A DNA stretch of 64,000 nucleotides from Candidatus Obscuribacterales bacterium (GCA_965228855.1 CBDDIJ010000003.1:3694354-3758353), one strand, 5' to 3'. Shown: positions 49,081 through 58,858, counted from the stretch's first letter. The notes: a model not told the origin generated them from the letters alone. Program-made: numbers and translations.

Positions 49081-49523
49081 GGCAAGGGTTTCAGGACTCG
49101 GGTCCAAACAAACCTCCGGAGACTTCGGACACTTGGCTATGCCAGAGCGACGGATTTTGTGAATTCCGTCATCGCACGATAGACAGCGACGGCTAATTTT
49201 TTGATTGAAACCAGCTCGCTGCGAAATCGATTAACGCTCGCCAGGTTGCTCTCTAAAAAACGCACACAGTTTTAAATCCATACATATAAAGGTGCAGCGA
49301 AACTGCTCGACCTGATCAGTAACTGTTCCGCCACGACGAAACGGTGGAGCAGTGTCTTATCTCGCGGCGGGAGGTTTTTCGGTTTAGATGTCTTCTAGAT
49401 CGATTCAGTGTCGATCGTTGTCTACGCTGCAATGACGCATTTACGAAATTTCGTCATCGTGGCATAGCCAAACGCCAGAAAAAGGGGGGAGTGCATACTT
49501 AACAAAGTCCTGAAAGCCCTGCC
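49081..49523 (+). ncRNA. Long imperfect fold-back element (large structured RNA or MITE-like element)
   Basis: Nested helices 49089-98/49506-15, 49133-44/49460-71, 49149-76/49428-55, 49180-89/49415-24 and 49215-24/49362-71, plus hairpin 49322-53. Confidence 0.6.
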
Positions 49524-49545
49524 AAGTCAGCCTCTACCGCTTTCG

Positions 49546-49601
49546 CGGAGCACGCCGGCATATAGTAGCAAGCCTTCACGGAGCACGCCGGCATATAGTA
49601 G
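49546..49601. repeat. Two identical 23-bp direct repeats, 33-bp period
   Basis: cggagcacgccggcatatagtag at 49546-49568 and 49579-49601. Confidence 0.9.
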
Positions 49602-49711
49602 TAAAAAGGAACATTTTGGTCACACTTGGCAAGTAATATCTCAACATCGGAATTGGATGTTTCTTCAAATGAACTGAGCCCTGGCGGGTTGCCTGGGTGG
49701 GGGTTGTTACT

Positions 49712-49918
49712 ATGAACGGCAAATTAGTGCAAAATGTGCGAGCAAAATTTTTCCAGGACTTTGAGCGCGCCACGACCGAACAAGATTTACCAAAACAAAA
49801 TGGACATAATCCGGCAGTTCAAGCGATGCTTTGCGGATTTATCCTGGAGGGCGACGATTTGAATTTCGCGCCTGACGTTGAGACCAACGTAGAACAAGAT
49901 TGGTTCTACAAACTGTAA
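49712..49918 (+). CDS. Small hypothetical protein (68 aa)
   Basis: ATG after a G-rich SD-like run; followed by a terminator hairpin. Confidence 0.5.
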   Translation: MNGKLVQNVRAKFFQDFERATTEQDLPKQNGHNPAVQAMLCGFILEGDDLNFAPDVETNVEQDWFYKL

Positions 49919-49945
49919 GTTTTTTGAGTGAGCAGCGAGTGGTTG

Positions 49946-49988
49946 GTAAGCGCCTGGTTGACAGGCGTTTACTGCTTTTTGGGTTTTT
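49946..49988 (+). terminator. Intrinsic terminator
   Basis: gtaagcgcctg-gttga-caggcgtttac followed by T tracts. Confidence 0.6.
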
Positions 49989-50052
49989 ATACGAGATACG
50001 TCTAACGCCTTAAACCAGGTGGTGCGTTATAATCGCAGCCTTTAGAGGGCAC

Positions 50053-51669
50053 ATGCGCGCGCATATTCCGAGTTGCAAATCGCAGAGCGCCCGGTGGCTC
50101 GCCGGCGCGGCGATAGCATTGACTCTATTCTTGTCCCCAGGCGCATTGGCGGCGGACTTGAGTAAAGCAGATGTCCAGAGCCTGGACAAACTCGAGAAGC
50201 GTTTTTTCGAGCAAACATATCCCAAAGATACGCCGGAAGCTCGTATCGAACGGCTTGAGAAGCTAATCTTCGGAGAGGCTCACCAGGGCGATCAAGAAGA
50301 GCGCATGCAAACTTTGATGGCATCCTTGCCGAACGAGCAGTTGCCGGCCGACCCGGGAGCTGGCAATTCTGGTTCCTCAAACGCTGGTTCTGCACAAAGC
50401 GACTCCGGAGATGAGAACCAGCCAAGCCAACAAACGGCAGACAATTCAGCCGGCGACAATTCTGACTATCCCAAAGTCGATGCGATCGAACAGTTGCTTC
50501 TTGGGAAAACCTTCAAGGGAGAACCGCTCTCCAAGCGCCTCGATCAACTCGAAATAAAAGCGTTCAAATCGGCGTCAAACAATCCGGATTTGAGCGAGCG
50601 CGTCAGCAAGCTGGACGAGTACGTACAAAAGCACATGCACAAATCGGTGGACGAGCTCGTCGATCCCAGAAACGTTTATCACTACTCATCGCCGGATGAC
50701 GGCGACAACGTGCGCGCGCCCGCATACGCCGAGGGTCCCGGTGGAAGCCGATACGGTGCGCCCGGCGGAGTCTATGGTGGCGCTGGCGCTCAAACTTCTT
50801 ATGGCGGCGGCTCAGGTTCGTACGGCATGAATCCGCCACAAACGGCATACCAGGGCGGCGGTCAACAGGACTATTGGGCCGCGCCGTCAGCATCATCGCC
50901 AGACGCCATGCGGGTCGGCTGGCTTGAGCAGCATGTCTACGGCGCGCAATCAAATCCCAGCGTTCCCCTAATCGATCGCTTGAAGAGACTTGAATCAACA
51001 GTATTTCCAACGGAACCGGTCGATCCGAATACGTCACTTCAAGGACAAATCGCAGTTCTCGTGAACGCGGTGGAGCTCATGCACAGTTCGAATCCAGCTT
51101 CCCCAACCATTGCCGGACAAGCGGGCTCGCAGCCGGCGGCATCGACAGGTGCTGCCGGAGCGGCTGGAAGCAATTTCCCAAGTTGGCCACCTCAAGGCTC
51201 CTCGCAATCGCAGAGCCAATCAAGTCAGTACGCGGCCGGAGGTTACGGTGCAAGCCAATATGGTGCCGGCGGCCAATACGGCGGCAACTACTCAGCCGGT
51301 GGACAACAAAGTTCATACCCCTACATCAACTCGCCCGGCAACGAATCGAGCTACAGCGGACAGGTGAACCAGAATCAAATCAACTCGCAGACATCAACCA
51401 CTTCTGCTCAAACCCAACCAGAAGAAAATCAAAAACACGGACATCCACTTCTGAAGGGGCTGGCACAATCCTTGATGACAGTTGGAACGATGGCAGCTGG
51501 CGCCATGGTGATGAACAAAATGTCGACCGGGTCGTGGAGCGGACGCGGTTATGGGAATTACGGCAACTATGGCGGCTACGGCGGTTACGGCTATGGTGGT
51601 TATGGTGGCGGTTTTATGCCCGGATATTCGGTTCCGGGCATCGGCGGTCTTGGCGGATTGCACTTCTAG
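50053..51669 (+). CDS. Exported repeat protein with Gly/Tyr-rich tail
   Basis: Signal peptide (ALA); repeated RxxxLExxxF modules; GYGGYG tail. Confidence 0.8.
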   Translation: MRAHIPSCKSQSARWLAGAAIALTLFLSPGALAADLSKADVQSLDKLEKRFFEQTYPKDTPEARIERLEKLIFGEAHQGDQEERMQTLMASLPNEQLPADPGAGNSGSSNAGSAQSDSGDENQPSQQTADNSAGDNSDYPKVDAIEQLLLGKTFKGEPLSKRLDQLEIKAFKSASNNPDLSERVSKLDEYVQKHMHKSVDELVDPRNVYHYSSPDDGDNVRAPAYAEGPGGSRYGAPGGVYGGAGAQTSYGGGSGSYGMNPPQTAYQGGGQQDYWAAPSASSPDAMRVGWLEQHVYGAQSNPSVPLIDRLKRLESTVFPTEPVDPNTSLQGQIAVLVNAVELMHSSNPASPTIAGQAGSQPAASTGAAGAAGSNFPSWPPQGSSQSQSQSSQYAAGGYGASQYGAGGQYGGNYSAGGQQSSYPYINSPGNESSYSGQVNQNQINSQTSTTSAQTQPEENQKHGHPLLKGLAQSLMTVGTMAAGAMVMNKMSTGSWSGRGYGNYGNYGGYGGYGYGGYGGGFMPGYSVPGIGGLGGLHF

Positions 51670-51692
51670 AGCCGGTCATCGCAGCTCGGAAT

Positions 51693-52205
51693 CTAACGCG
51701 AATCGGGATTGAGCTGAACGGTTTCACCTTCAAAAGATTTGAACCAAACGCGCGGAATGAGATTGAATGGGTTTTCCCACGGATTCGGTATAACTCGATC
51801 AGCCCCGTAAGCTCTCATAATTTCCCAGGTTTGCTGAACGCAGTTATTCGAAAGGACTGACCAGCCGCAGTGTTGCGAAAACATCGCTGCCTTTTTGCCG
51901 GCCCGCGGATCACAATTCGCGATTTTCACGCCCTTGGCTTTGTGATACCAGATGTGCTCCCTGGAGTTCGACATCGCATTCAGCATTTCTTCTCTGGTAC
52001 CATATCCGCACCACCAATCCGTGTGTTCGCCGGGAGCGACTGACATATAGTCAATCCAGGCGGGCAAGTCCATCTCATGGTGTCGATATAAGTGATCGGT
52101 CGCGCCGAACATAAAGGTTTCGTCCTCCAACATAAAGCCCCAGCCAACATGCCCAAGACGGGCAGCCTGCTTTACGTTTACGAATAACCAGAATTGTCCA
52201 ATCAC
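51693..52205 (-). CDS. Hypothetical protein, possible permuted papain-like (NlpC/P60 clan) enzyme
   Basis: GHVGW near the N-terminus and NNCVQQ near the C-terminus. Confidence 0.6.
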   Translation of the reverse strand: MIGQFWLFVNVKQAARLGHVGWGFMLEDETFMFGATDHLYRHHEMDLPAWIDYMSVAPGEHTDWWCGYGTREEMLNAMSNSREHIWYHKAKGVKIANCDPRAGKKAAMFSQHCGWSVLSNNCVQQTWEIMRAYGADRVIPNPWENPFNLIPRVWFKSFEGETVQLNPDSR

Positions 52206-52365
52206 GATTGAGAAACCAATTTACGCTTTAGGAACGACCTTCCGAAAGAGGCGGCTTGTCTGGGTTTCAAACGAGCGATCGAGCCAGTTAGCTGAAAAAC
52301 AAATAGCTTATCCAGGCTGATTGGTTCACGCTCATCCAAACCGCTCACGCGTTCTTCCTAAGAAT

Positions 52366-52400
52366 AACCTCCCCACGTGCATTCCGCACACGGGGAGGTT
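52366..52400 (-). terminator. Intrinsic terminator for the 52454-52831 gene
   Basis: aacctcccc/ggggaggtt stem with a TTATTCTT tail on the minus strand. Confidence 0.65.
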
Positions 52401-52453
52401 CAAGTTCTTTATCCGAGTAGCTCGAACGAGCCACCAGCCATCGCTAGCTCGAA

Positions 52454-52831
52454 CTAGTCGAGGTCGCCGAGGCTGAATACATCTTTGCTGAACGGATGTT
52501 CGCTAGAGTTTGCCCATGCGTTTTTCGGTCCAAGCTGAATCCCCTGGTACGAACCTTTCATGATGCCGACTCCAGGAGCGATCATGAGACCGCCGCCCTT
52601 TTTGATCATGCCACCATCGCTGTAGTTGCCATACGATTCTTTCGTGTTGGCACTGGACTTTCTGATGATTGCAATCGGCGTGCCAATCGCGGTGCCGGCT
52701 GCAAATGATGTCATAGTGATCGGGAATTTGATCATAGCCTTGCCCATTTCGCCAGCATCGGCATTGGATGGAGCTGCAATAACGCCCGAAATCAAGAACG
52801 CTGCTAATGTCGATAGCATGACTTTGCGCAT
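52454..52831 (-). CDS. Small exported Gly-rich protein (paralog of 58971-59390)
   Basis: Signal peptide; shares GTPIA and PF..D..SLG.L with the paralog. Confidence 0.8.
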   Translation of the reverse strand: MRKVMLSTLAAFLISGVIAAPSNADAGEMGKAMIKFPITMTSFAAGTAIGTPIAIIRKSSANTKESYGNYSDGGMIKKGGGLMIAPGVGIMKGSYQGIQLGPKNAWANSSEHPFSKDVFSLGDLD

Positions 52832-53063
52832 TTTAGTTGAACCTCTTAACTTAGACTGCCCGGAACAGGAAGATTCCGCTCATCTATATTTACCACGACA
52901 TGATCAGTTTTGCTAATCAACTATTAGATATAAAATTACTCAGTTCCAAAAAGAAGTAAAATATGTGTAGAAACCACGGCAAGAATGCAGCTTTCCGCAT
53001 ATACGAAAGAATTGATGGAATTCTTGTACTGGCAACTCGAAAGGCACCAAAGTCGGATAACCA

Positions 53064-53549
53064 TTGACTGTAACTGGAAATCAACAGCATCACATACACA
53101 ACTCCGATGAGTTGTATCCTGACGCGGTTGGTAAGCACATCATTTTCTACGATGGCGTGTGCGGTCTGTGCAACAAATTCATCCAATTCGTGATCGATAA
53201 CGACAAGAATGGGCTGTTCTTTTTCGCTGCGCTACAGGGTGAATTTGCAAAAAACACGCTAGCGCGTCGCGGAGCAAATGCCGAAGATCTAAATACTGTG
53301 TACGTTCTCTCTAACTATGGCAACAAGCAGAAAGAGCGGCTTTTCAATAAGTCTGATGCAGTGGCGTTCACAACCTCTCAGTTGAGACCATGGATCAAAC
53401 CGATCGCGGTTTTTATCAAAATCTTTCCAAAACCGCTTCGGGACTTTGGCTATGAAACAGTCGCAAAGATCCGCTATAAGCTCTTCGGGAAACACGACCA
53501 ATGCATGCTTCCAAGCCCGGAGACACGGACTCGATTCATCGACGCTTAA
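53064..53549 (+). CDS. DCC1-like thiol-disulfide oxidoreductase (DUF393)
   Basis: FYDGVCGLC, FAALQ and RDFGY...RYKLFG. Confidence 0.9.
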   Translation: MTVTGNQQHHIHNSDELYPDAVGKHIIFYDGVCGLCNKFIQFVIDNDKNGLFFFAALQGEFAKNTLARRGANAEDLNTVYVLSNYGNKQKERLFNKSDAVAFTTSQLRPWIKPIAVFIKIFPKPLRDFGYETVAKIRYKLFGKHDQCMLPSPETRTRFIDA

Positions 53550-53596
53550 TGGAAATATTGCTTGCAGCCCTGATACTACGGGCGGTGACAGTCACA

Positions 53597-54022
53597 TCAG
53601 TCAGAGCCAGGTTCTGAAATGTCAAAGTGATCGACTGATTCCTCTTCAAGAATGCGGTTCTCTAAAACTTTTCGAACGGCATCGAGGGCGGGCGCGGATG
53701 AGCGCCGAAGAAGGTTCGTGAGCCGCTCCCAGAGCAGTTGTGCATCTTTCTGGTTGCCTTGTTTTTCGCAAGCCTCAATCAGATCGAGGAGCACCAGCCC
53801 AGCATCTAAACTGAATTCACCGTGCCTGGTCTCCACAATTTTCAGGGTAGCCCTTAACATCGCCTCTGCGGCTCGGAAGCTGCCAGCGGTCAATAGCAAC
53901 CGTCCCTGATATCGAAGTCGGTCGGTCAATATTATGTCGTAGTCTTTCACTGATGCCACCATAGCCACGAGATACCGTAACCGAAACGAGCTTATCTCCT
54001 CGTTCGTTGAAGAATTTGGCAT
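53597..54022 (-). CDS. Small TPR-like protein
   Basis: AEAMLRATLKIVETRHG repeat-like helix. Confidence 0.6.
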   Translation of the reverse strand: MPNSSTNEEISSFRLRYLVAMVASVKDYDIILTDRLRYQGRLLLTAGSFRAAEAMLRATLKIVETRHGEFSLDAGLVLLDLIEACEKQGNQKDAQLLWERLTNLLRRSSAPALDAVRKVLENRILEEESVDHFDISEPGSD

Positions 54023-54537
54023 CTACCGAACGATCGACCTCAAGGCAACTCGTTCGAACTCTGTTTGTATGAGCCCCTGTTCGATTCCGCGACGGCTCAG
54101 GCACGTAAAGCTAGTGTACGGCCGAAAACATTGACGTGTCGGCAATCGACCGAGAAATGCATGATCTGATCCTACAAGTCAAATGCAGACATCAGTTTAG
54201 GGCGCAATAAGTATTGTAAAGTCCGTCATTCGTCTACCAGCACAGCTGTGATGCTGAAGCAATTTTATATTTGGTTGAAAACGCAGACTTCATGAGTTTT
54301 TTCGCACGCAGACACGATAAGGCGTAACATGAAAGTAGTGGCTAGATTGAACGTCAATCGGTAATTTCACACCTTAGTGAAGTCCGGCGCTAAATCAATG
54401 GTCCGGACGGAGCAATTGTCCGAAAGAGTCCTGCATATCAAGCAGGTAGCCTAGTGACAGACCTCAATTTTTTCAGTTTGGATCCACTGTTTGCCTGAAA
54501 ACTGGCAACAAAATCCTTTTGCAGGATTTCAGCCGCC

Positions 54538-54846
54538 ATGCGCAAACGACGTAAGCATACAAATCACAAGTTTCTTCTCCAAATGGGTGAAGCCGTTCGT
54601 TCAAAAAGAACAGAGCGAGCCCTGTCACAAGAGGAACTAGGTCGCCTCTGCGGTATGCATCGCTCTTATATAACAGAGATCGAAGGAGGCAGTAGAAATC
54701 TCAGCATCCTCACAATTGTGAAATTGGCAGAGGCATTGAAACTCGAGGTCTGGCAACTTCTGCGGTTTGAAATACCAAACCCACCTGAAAGTGATGGCAC
54801 CGTAAACGGTACCAAGAAGTCGAGTGGTGAATGCAGTCTCAACTAA
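54538..54846 (+). CDS. XRE-family HTH transcriptional regulator
   Basis: LSQEELGRLCGMHRSYITEIEGGSRNLSILTIVKLAEAL. Confidence 0.9.
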   Translation: MRKRRKHTNHKFLLQMGEAVRSKRTERALSQEELGRLCGMHRSYITEIEGGSRNLSILTIVKLAEALKLEVWQLLRFEIPNPPESDGTVNGTKKSSGECSLN

Positions 54847-55606
54847 AACGATAGCCGGCAAATAGCTTTCGTTTCAGTCTGGCGAAACCGAATAAAGGGT
54901 AACTGCGAAGTTCGAAGATACGAACTGGCACGTCTACATTTTGCACGAAAATGTGCACAGTAAGTCGTTGTTCACTAGATCTACCCAGTGGCGGAAATCG
55001 AAACTCGCAGGGACTATCCTCACTCAATTCCGAAAGAGAACATACAACTTCTCTTTCTACCTCATTTGCCGGACCAATTATTCGCAGACAAATCTCTCCA
55101 CGCATTGAAGGCATGTCAATTATGGGAGCTAGAAGAATGGCACTGAGACCAGCTCTGCCAAGATCTATCGGATAGCATATACTGCTGACGCGAACCAAAT
55201 TAACGCTTGGGAGCAAGCGAAAATTCTTCAACTCCCCTTGAAAAATAACTGTATCGTCCTTTAGTCCTTCGAAAGATGGATGCATCAGGTGCCAAGCATC
55301 GAATTTATTTCTAAACCGGTCAGACCAGTAAACAAGACGTCTTTGACGAAATAAATCAAGTTCTTGCGCAAGCAGTTTTCCCCGTTCCTCAAGGATTTTA
55401 TTTCTTGCTTCAAGAATCGCGATGGCTTGCAGCAGATCTTCCTTTGAGCTGGCATCCATTTGCGACTTGTAATCTAGCGAATGCAAAGCCGGCGCGCAAC
55501 CGTGGGTCTCATGCTCGTGCGCATAAAGGTAGCGAGCGTCCTCGATAATCGAGACGCTGAACGCCTGCTCGGCTGTCTGCAAACTGAAAGCATACGGTTG
55601 AGACAT
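54839..55606 (-). CDS. Hypothetical protein
   Basis: 255-aa ORF with a short coiled coil then a beta-rich domain. Confidence 0.65.
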   Translation of the reverse strand: MSQPYAFSLQTAEQAFSVSIIEDARYLYAHEHETHGCAPALHSLDYKSQMDASSKEDLLQAIAILEARNKILEERGKLLAQELDLFRQRRLVYWSDRFRNKFDAWHLMHPSFEGLKDDTVIFQGELKNFRLLPSVNLVRVSSICYPIDLGRAGLSAILLAPIIDMPSMRGEICLRIIGPANEVEREVVCSLSELSEDSPCEFRFPPLGRSSEQRLTVHIFVQNVDVPVRIFELRSYPLFGFARLKRKLFAGYRFS

Positions 55607-55714
55607 CCGGTTAGTTTAGTACATTGTCGGCCTTGCTTTACTTCGACGGACGGCTGAAAATATGTTTTTCACATTCCGTCGGCGCGGCGCATCCATAGCC
55701 GTTTAAGGAGACTA

Positions 55715-56578
55715 GTGGCAATTTCGATTTTATCGGTGGAAGAATTGCATCCGTTGCTCGGTAACGACGAGGTAACTATCGTCGATTGCCGGGCTATTGA
55801 TGCATACGAGGCAGCGCATATCCCTGGCGCCGTGCGGCTGGCGTGGGAGGACTGGTGCGAAATTCCAAAGCCTCCGATTAAACAAATTCTAACCAGTCCG
55901 GGTTACTGGGGAGCGCTCGACGATCCGGAGCGCGGTCAGTTTCGAATACGCCTGGAAGAGCTAGGCGTGGTAAGGGATTCGCACATTGTCGTCTATTCGT
56001 CCGCAAGGGCATCGAAAGGGAGAGAGGGGCGGATTGCCTGGATGTTTGCGTATCTTGGAGCGCCACATGTGAGCATTTTAAACGGAGGATTTCCAGCGTG
56101 GCTCGACGCCGAGTTGCCGGTGGAGCAAGGCGTGAAAGCGGCTCGTAGAGGTTCATTCGAGATTTCACTTCGGCCGGAGCGCCGATGTATCACGGCCGAT
56201 CTGGTGGTCAAATTAAACACAGATGAGTTTCCTCTTCTGATCGACACCCGCAGCCCGAAAGAGTTCGCGGGCGGTCTTTTCTGGTATCAGCCCAGGACGG
56301 GCAGAATTCCCGGCTCCCGCTTATTGCCATTTGACGCGGTTTTCCAACCTGACGGAAAGCACTTTGTATCCGCGCAGGAGTACGCTACACTTCTCCCGGA
56401 TAGCTTCGCGAGCGCGACATCGGTAGCGACTTATTGCGAGGTTGGGGTGAGGGCAGCAACAGTAGCACTTCTCCACGAAGTATATACGGGGCAAGTCCTG
56501 AGGGTGTACGACGGTTCGATGATTGAATGGTCAATTGATTCCAGATTGCCAGTTGAGCGCGGATCGGAACGTAGTTAA
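55715..56578 (+). CDS. Tandem-domain rhodanese sulfurtransferase
   Basis: HIPGA, LNGGFPAW, GRIPG, YCEVGVRA and YDGSMIEW. Confidence 0.92.
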   Translation: MAISILSVEELHPLLGNDEVTIVDCRAIDAYEAAHIPGAVRLAWEDWCEIPKPPIKQILTSPGYWGALDDPERGQFRIRLEELGVVRDSHIVVYSSARASKGREGRIAWMFAYLGAPHVSILNGGFPAWLDAELPVEQGVKAARRGSFEISLRPERRCITADLVVKLNTDEFPLLIDTRSPKEFAGGLFWYQPRTGRIPGSRLLPFDAVFQPDGKHFVSAQEYATLLPDSFASATSVATYCEVGVRAATVALLHEVYTGQVLRVYDGSMIEWSIDSRLPVERGSERS

Positions 56579-58591
56579 ATGAGATATCAAATGCGCAATC
56601 GCAAAAATAAACTAATTACCTGTTCTTTGTTGCTCGCGGTTCTGACGCCGTGCCTGGATGCTCAGGCAGCCGACGCGCCGGCGCCGTCGAAGAGCGCACA
56701 AGTATCCGCGCTCATAAAAAAAGGAATCAACCAGGCTAAGGAAAAGGATTACCGTCAGGCCATCAATAGTTTCAACGAAGCGCTCGCGATTGATCCAAAC
56801 AGCTTCGACGTATTTGTAAACCGGGGCTGGACCTCACGCCAGATAGGCGATTTCAATGGTGCAATCGCTGATTACACAAGCGCGATCAAACTGAATCCCT
56901 CCAAGCCGCAGGTGTATCTGAACCGCGGGTGGTGTCATAAACGTCTAAATCAATATGATGAGGCACTGCAGGATTTTAATAAAGCGTTGGAATTGGACCC
57001 GAAGTATCTCAACGCGTACAGAAACCGCGGCTCGTTGAAGCTCAAGATGGGCGACTATCAAGGGTCGGTCGCAGATTTCAACCAGTTGCTGGTTCTCGAT
57101 CCCGATGCCAAATCGGAAGTGGCGAAGTATGTTCCGAAAGAATATATGGATCAAGTCACGAAAATGGACCCGAAACAGGCAGCCGCTATCGGTTCGCAAG
57201 TTGCCGCCGCATTTAGTGGCACTCAAGTAGAGCTCTCGAACGCTGACCTTGCGAAACTGAATAATCGCGCGGCGCGAGCAATCAAAGCCGGTGAGTTTGC
57301 CTCGGCAATCTCGATTCTGGAAGAACTCACCAAGAAAAAACCTAATTACACCTACGCAAAGGATAACCTTGCCACCGCCTACAACAATCAAGGCATGAAG
57401 TTTGCAGTCGACAATCCGGAACAATCAGCGGCGCAGTTTAGAAAAGCAATGTTCTACTCTACGCAGCAAGTGACGACCCGACGCAATCTCAACTCGATGT
57501 TGACTCAGATGGGCAAGGATCCTGAATCGGCGCAGGTTCGCATCGCCCTCGGTGATGAGCTCAAAACACAAAAGGATTACAAAGGCGCATTCGTCGAGTA
57601 CATGGAAGCGATGCGTCTGAAAGATGGTACAGATGCGCGCGCGAAGATCGCGGAAGTATGTGCATTGCTTGAAACTGAGAAACTGACAGCCGGAGCCAAC
57701 ACCACTTCGCTCACAGCGGCACTGCCATCGAAAGCAAGCATTTCCGGAGAGGGAATGATTCACCCGCCTGAAGCGAGCCCGAAGCCGAAGAAGCAGGAAG
57801 GATACGTCGAGAACAGCGCTGAAGAAGAGCCGCTAACCCTGCCTCCAACTATCGGTCTTGATACCAAATTCGATACCGAAGGAAAACAGCAGTCCAAAGG
57901 TGCTCGAGCAAAACTAGAGAGTGCGCAAGCAACCGCGCTCGACTTGAATCCACCACCGAAAGCACCCATTGGTGAGGATCTCGAGACATTAAGAGTGAAG
58001 TGGAAGAACCACTTAGACCGAGGTGACGAACAGTTTGAAAATGGTAACTACGTAGATTCAGAGCAAGAGTACAAAGACAGTCTGCTCACCGCCAAAAGAC
58101 TCGGCGACGACAGCCTGGAAGTCATTAGCAGTCTGGAACGGATGGCACGAATCTTCCTGGTTCAGAAGCGCTCATTCGAGGCTCTGAGTTTGCTTGAGCA
58201 AGCCTACACCCTACGCAAAGATCGCCAGGAAGACCCGGATCCTGTACATCTGGAGCGGCTCGGCAACAAGGTCCTGGCGCTTAAGAAAATTCTCTATCCC
58301 AACCAGGATCCAAAGAAAGAAAACCCGGATGACGAGGAAGAGCCGGACGACAGCGACACCGAGAAGACTGCCAGTGCGGACGGTGCCGAGGGAGATGATA
58401 CGAGCGATCCAATAACAGAAGAAAGCAGCGCCGACGCGAAGAAACCTGATGGTGAAAAACGCAAACTAACTGGAATCTTCAAACGCAAGAAGTCCGAATT
58501 CGAGAAAGAAATGGAAGTGCTCGACAAGAAAGAATCCGACACGCGCAACAGTTTCGACACTCGTCCTTCCTGGGCTGAATTCAACAGATAA
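56579..58591 (+). CDS. Exported TPR protein with acidic tail
   Basis: Canonical TPRs (AIADYTSAIKLNP, DFNKALELDP). Confidence 0.9.
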   Translation: MRYQMRNRKNKLITCSLLLAVLTPCLDAQAADAPAPSKSAQVSALIKKGINQAKEKDYRQAINSFNEALAIDPNSFDVFVNRGWTSRQIGDFNGAIADYTSAIKLNPSKPQVYLNRGWCHKRLNQYDEALQDFNKALELDPKYLNAYRNRGSLKLKMGDYQGSVADFNQLLVLDPDAKSEVAKYVPKEYMDQVTKMDPKQAAAIGSQVAAAFSGTQVELSNADLAKLNNRAARAIKAGEFASAISILEELTKKKPNYTYAKDNLATAYNNQGMKFAVDNPEQSAAQFRKAMFYSTQQVTTRRNLNSMLTQMGKDPESAQVRIALGDELKTQKDYKGAFVEYMEAMRLKDGTDARAKIAEVCALLETEKLTAGANTTSLTAALPSKASISGEGMIHPPEASPKPKKQEGYVENSAEEEPLTLPPTIGLDTKFDTEGKQQSKGARAKLESAQATALDLNPPPKAPIGEDLETLRVKWKNHLDRGDEQFENGNYVDSEQEYKDSLLTAKRLGDDSLEVISSLERMARIFLVQKRSFEALSLLEQAYTLRKDRQEDPDPVHLERLGNKVLALKKILYPNQDPKKENPDDEEEPDDSDTEKTASADGAEGDDTSDPITEESSADAKKPDGEKRKLTGIFKRKKSEFEKEMEVLDKKESDTRNSFDTRPSWAEFNR

Positions 58592-58606
58592 GCGGCCCAA
58601 TCGGCT

Positions 58607-58858
58607 CTACATCTTTTCGTACCAGACAGGTCCGTCGGCTTCTTTCTCGCCTTCGCCGCCTTTCGACTTGTCATCATCAGCGCTTTTTTCTTCCGGCATC
58701 GCTGAGATGATCCGAATGTAATGTTTGCCCATCTGCGAGCACTCTTCGTCGCTCCAATTGTGCTTTCGGAAATCGTCGAGGACCGCAAAGATTTCCTTGC
58801 GACCCTTGCAACGGTTAACTTTCTCCATCCAGGCAACCAAAGTTTCAGCTTCTGTCAT
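58607..58858 (-). CDS. Small hypothetical protein
   Basis: Likely start ATG 58858 (MTEAETL), ends GPVWYEKM. Confidence 0.6.
   Translation of the reverse strand: MTEAETLVAWMEKVNRCKGRKEIFAVLDDFRKHNWSDEECSQMGKHYIRIISAMPEEKSADDDKSKGGEGEKEADGPVWYEKM

Noticed and set aside
49546..49601. Possible mini CRISPR array
   Set aside because: Only two repeats separated by 10 nt, flanks are also similar (tandem duplication), and there are no cas genes
51183..51860. 225-aa alternative-frame ORF rich in Arg/Trp
   Set aside because: Out-of-frame reading of the Gly/Tyr-rich tail of 50053-51669
54069..54100. GTTCGATTCC tRNA T-loop-like motif suggesting a tRNA or att site near the XRE gene
   Set aside because: Flanking bases do not form a T-stem or cloverleaf, there is no CCA end, and no integrase is nearby
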